Shown: one piece after another, positions 62,550 to 64,000 of the stretch
Layout of the letters: each line of letters opens with the position of its first letter
How positions within the stretch are numbered: the stretch's first letter is position 1
Assembly (NCBI RefSeq): GCF_041146345.1
Contig: NW_027191406.1
Location: forward strand, 1,240,001-1,304,000
Length of the DNA stretch: 64,000 nucleotides
Origin: Neodothiora populina
Lineage: Eukaryota
Direction of reading: 5' to 3'
Position numbers and translations under genes: made by a program
The notes under the pieces: model-generated
Seen by the model: only the letters and a program-made list of their open reading frames with translations
Database searches by the model: none
Told to the model about the DNA's origin: nothing

Positions 62550-63351
62550 TGGACTAGGCTGGAGTAGCTTGGCAGATCCAATGCAATGGTGGTAACCCAC
62601 TCCCAGTTTAGTTTCCAAGTACACAATGCCAAACCAAGAAATCTTCCCATACCATGATCTTGCGTTCTTAAAGACCGTATTACCCATGAGAGAGATCGGA
62701 ATATATTGCATGCAGTAGCTTGGTCGTCACTTTGGAACAACTCTCAAGCTCGGTCTGTGCTTTCCTTGGATCAGACATCGCTCAACGCTTATTCACACAA
62801 CCTTTCCTATCTCATCCTACGAATACGCCTCTGTCATTTCCACCCTATACTCTGATCTATTTCTATATCACGAGAAAAATCACAAGATTCAGTTCCCGTC
62901 TTAGAGCCGTTTCCACCACCTGAAAGATTACTTGAAACTATTCCTTCTCAACTGGTCGTATACCTCCGTCGTACGAACTAGTCGTGCAGCCGGCTTGCAC
63001 GAGTGATTGCTATTGGCACCTTTGCCCATCATTACGCATGTATGCTCTGTCTTCGTTTTTGCCCTGGTTAAAGGATGTCTTGACTTAGCCTACCAGCTAT
63101 ACCAAGTGGACAGCTCAGAAAGCCATGGATGTGGCTCTATTGGTGACAATGTTTCTTGCAACTTCGAGTCAGCCAGTCGAAATTATAGTCAAATTCGGGA
63201 TAAGTACACTTTTATAAAAGGTAGAACAAATTCTCGTTCCTTAGACAGCAAGTCCAAATAGCCGTTTCATGTCACGTTCGTTCCATCCACTTGTTTGGCC
63301 TACTTGGCTGTCCATTCATTGATCAGATTTACCACTTCCATCTCCTCAACA

Positions 63352-64000
63352 ATGACTCGTTTCGCCGCCATTGCGGCTCTCGCTTTGTGCAGCAATTTTG
63401 TCTTTGCACAGAATGCTACCGCCGTTGAAGGCAACATCAATCCTGCCGACATCGAAAATCTCCCTGAGCCTACTATCTTAGGCCCTCCCATTGGAGATGT
63501 GCAAGAGATCGAGACCATCACATATGATGCTGCCAGTGTTACTGCCTCCGTTATCTCTCAAGCAACCACTGCAACACCTGTTGCCACTGATGTTTCTCTT
63601 ACCGTGGATCTCTCAAGTGCCGTAGCTACAGAGACTAATACTTCTACCCCTGCTATCGAGAAGCGATCGGTCATCATTGGTGATGATGCTTCTGATGGGC
63701 CAGCACAGCGATCTAGCATCATGATCAATCGTCGTAGTCTATCTTACCCCATCGACACCAGCAACACTCCTACCCCTAACGGCTACACGCCCGCCTTCGA
63801 GTCCCTTCAGGGTGCAACTCAAGCAAACGGCTACCTGACATACAAGACTCTGAAGAGCTACGATGCGTCTGCTTGTGCTGCAGCATGCAACAAGATCTCT
63901 TCTTGCGTCGTAAGTCGCACTAAGACTCTTCTATCGAGACCATGCTAAGCATAATAGTTCTTCAACATCTACTACGAAAGGAACCCGGACTCTAACAACA
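63352..64000 (+). CDS. Secreted Ser/Thr-rich protein with Cys-containing (PAN/apple-like) domain; intron 63910-63957; runs off the window
   Basis: Signal peptide MTRFAAIAALALCSNFVFA; GYLTYKTLKSYDASACAAACNKISSCV|FFNIYYERNP; dibasic KR/RR sites. Confidence 0.75.

Noticed and set aside
1..64000. Transposons, CRISPR arrays, rRNA, riboswitches
   Set aside because: No transposase/RT/integrase motifs, terminal repeats, repeat-spacer arrays or recognisable structured RNAs other than the tRNA were seen; highly degraded copies could be missed by eye.

Overview
Fungal (Pezizomycotina-type ascomycete) nuclear DNA: short GT-AG introns with CTRAC/CTAAC branch points, Zn2Cys6 proteins and one intron-containing tRNA-Gln(UUG). 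Two gene-dense blocks of recognisable genes flank a gene-poor, partly decayed accessory stretch (about 12-33 kb, interrupted by a PSP1-domain gene). Left block: amidohydrolase/cytosine deaminase-like, SNF12/ssr3, phosphoglycerate-mutase family, 2-hydroxyacid dehydrogenase, EthD. Right block: ECM31/panB, SCP160, DHA1 MFS transporter, Leu3-like Zn2Cys6 factor, BIR1, arylsulfotransferase-like, COG8, a large coiled-coil protein, a 3-exon mitochondrial bL33 gene not recovered whole by the ORF track, a SAM methyltransferase and a partial secreted protein. The best candidate for an undescribed system is a Leu3-like transcription factor sitting directly upstream of an MFS exporter whose promoter carries a perfect Leu3-type GCCGGNNCCGGC site. 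Other leads are an ADP-ribosyltransferase-like R-S-E protein, a possible synaptonemal-complex coiled-coil protein, alternative first exons in SNF12, and a stop-free in-frame intron at a KH GxxG loop. Exon structures were inferred by eye from splice signals and frame consistency. No database searches were run.
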